A DNA stretch of 43,280 bases from Deltaproteobacteria bacterium (GTDB lineage Bacteria > UBA10199 > GCA-002796325 > 1-14-0-20-49-13): positions 1 through 43,280 of the forward strand of contig JACPAJ010000012.1 of NCBI GenBank assembly GCA_016180865.1, in the 5' to 3' direction. Position 1 is the stretch's first letter; each line of letters opens with the position of its first letter. Below are positions 42,718-43,280 of the stretch, piece after piece. Both the position numbers and the translations under genes were made by a program. Below the pieces are notes generated by a model. That model had not been told where the DNA came from. It did no database searches and saw only the letters and a list, made by a program, of their open reading frames with translations.

Positions 42718-43198
42718 GAATCCATCTTGGCGTTGAGGCCTTGTACCTGCGATATTCCTCGCCATAGCGATTTTCGAGCGTAGGCTCTTCATAGGCGAAC
42801 ACCCAAAAATGAACGGATAGCGTTAGAATCACCGCATATATAAGAAGAGGCACCGATCTAAAAAATACAACTTCTCCCCAGAGCACAAGAATCCAGCCGA
42901 GCATAAAAGGATTGCGGATATATTTATAAGGGCCGGCAACGCTTAATCCTTCCGGGGAATCATAAGGAACGGGCCGGTCTTTGCCGGGGACAAGCAGAAG
43001 ATATGTGGACCCAGCCGCAAGCGGCGCGCCGAAAACCATTAACACAACGCCAAAATAGCGAAAAAATCCCAAAGGAAGCGGCTTGGCGATAAAATCGAAC
43101 TGGACCGCAAAATACGGGCCCGCGACGAGGGCAATGAAGAGTAAAATTGTGCCGATAACGATTGTGCGAAAAACCAGCATGCGGAGGATTATAACCAA
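42680..43198 (-). CDS. Isoprenylcysteine carboxyl methyltransferase/PEMT-family membrane methyltransferase
   Basis: Hydrophobic 172-aa protein with RNPFMLGWILVLWGE and YGEEYRRYKASTPRWIP, typical of the ICMT/PEMT family. Confidence 0.7.
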   Translation of the reverse strand: MVIILRMLVFRTIVIGTILLFIALVAGPYFAVQFDFIAKPLPLGFFRYFGVVLMVFGAPLAAGSTYLLLVPGKDRPVPYDSPEGLSVAGPYKYIRNPFMLGWILVLWGEVVFFRSVPLLIYAVILTLSVHFWVFAYEEPTLENRYGEEYRRYKASTPRWIPNWRRGLSSPAK

Positions 43199-43280
43199 AA
43201 AGGCCGCCGATTAACAATGATTTTTATAACCACCCATGACGGAGCAAAGTCAGACGGAGCAATTCCTAGCACGTGCTAGG

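Noticed and set aside
43265-43280. Perfect 16-nt palindrome CCTAGCACGTGCTAGG at the very end of the window.
   Set aside because: It is cut by the window edge and has no context to interpret. It could be part of a terminator or a repeat, so I make no claim.

Overview
The window has three parts.

(1) Positions 1-22.9 kb are core genome on the minus strand. They hold a complete division/cell-wall (dcw) cluster: mraZ-rsmH-ftsL-ftsI-murE-murF-mraY-murD-ftsW-murG-murC-murB-ftsQ-ftsA-ftsZ, with no ddl. Downstream of it come a LysM-rich lytic transglycosylase, AMP-forming acetyl-CoA synthetase and a 3'-truncated HExxH peptidase. A periodic AAAGTG(G/T) repeat array, probably the MraZ operator, sits upstream of mraZ.

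(2) Positions ~23.2-39.9 kb are visibly AT-richer accessory DNA.
- It begins at tRNA-Ser(GGA). A single-copy IS200/RAYT-like Y1 transposase, bounded by perfect 27-bp inverted repeats, lies immediately next to that tRNA.
- A run of small plus-strand gene groups follows: an orphan HTH-nucleotidyltransferase fusion with a divergent unknown gene; a translationally coupled HEPN-MNT-DsrE-like trio plus a SAM methyltransferase; a secreted MA-type peptidase coupled to a catalytically dead DnaB-like protein; and a Cys-rich lipoprotein.
- Three of these groups are preceded by copies of one conserved promoter/operator-like module.
- The run ends at tRNA-Ser(UGA). A well-formed but divergent 5' half of that tRNA is duplicated 2.4 kb upstream.
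- Beyond that lie a 793-aa EF-hand/His-Cys protein, an ADP-forming acyl-CoA synthetase, an APC permease, and a divergent pair made of a triple-HTH protein and a 553-aa HExxH protein.

(3) Positions 39.9-43.3 kb return to core genes: PBP1A, a TPR lipoprotein and an ICMT-like methyltransferase.

The most unusual sequence-level signals are these:
- three different palindromic or heptamer-periodic repeat elements sit in frame inside housekeeping genes, one in murF and two in the acyl-CoA synthetase;
- the cassette-like island is bounded by two tRNA-Ser genes and carries the repeated promoter module and a displaced tRNA half.

I found no CRISPR array, rRNA, integrase or reverse transcriptase. All family assignments come from motif recognition by eye. 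No database search was run.
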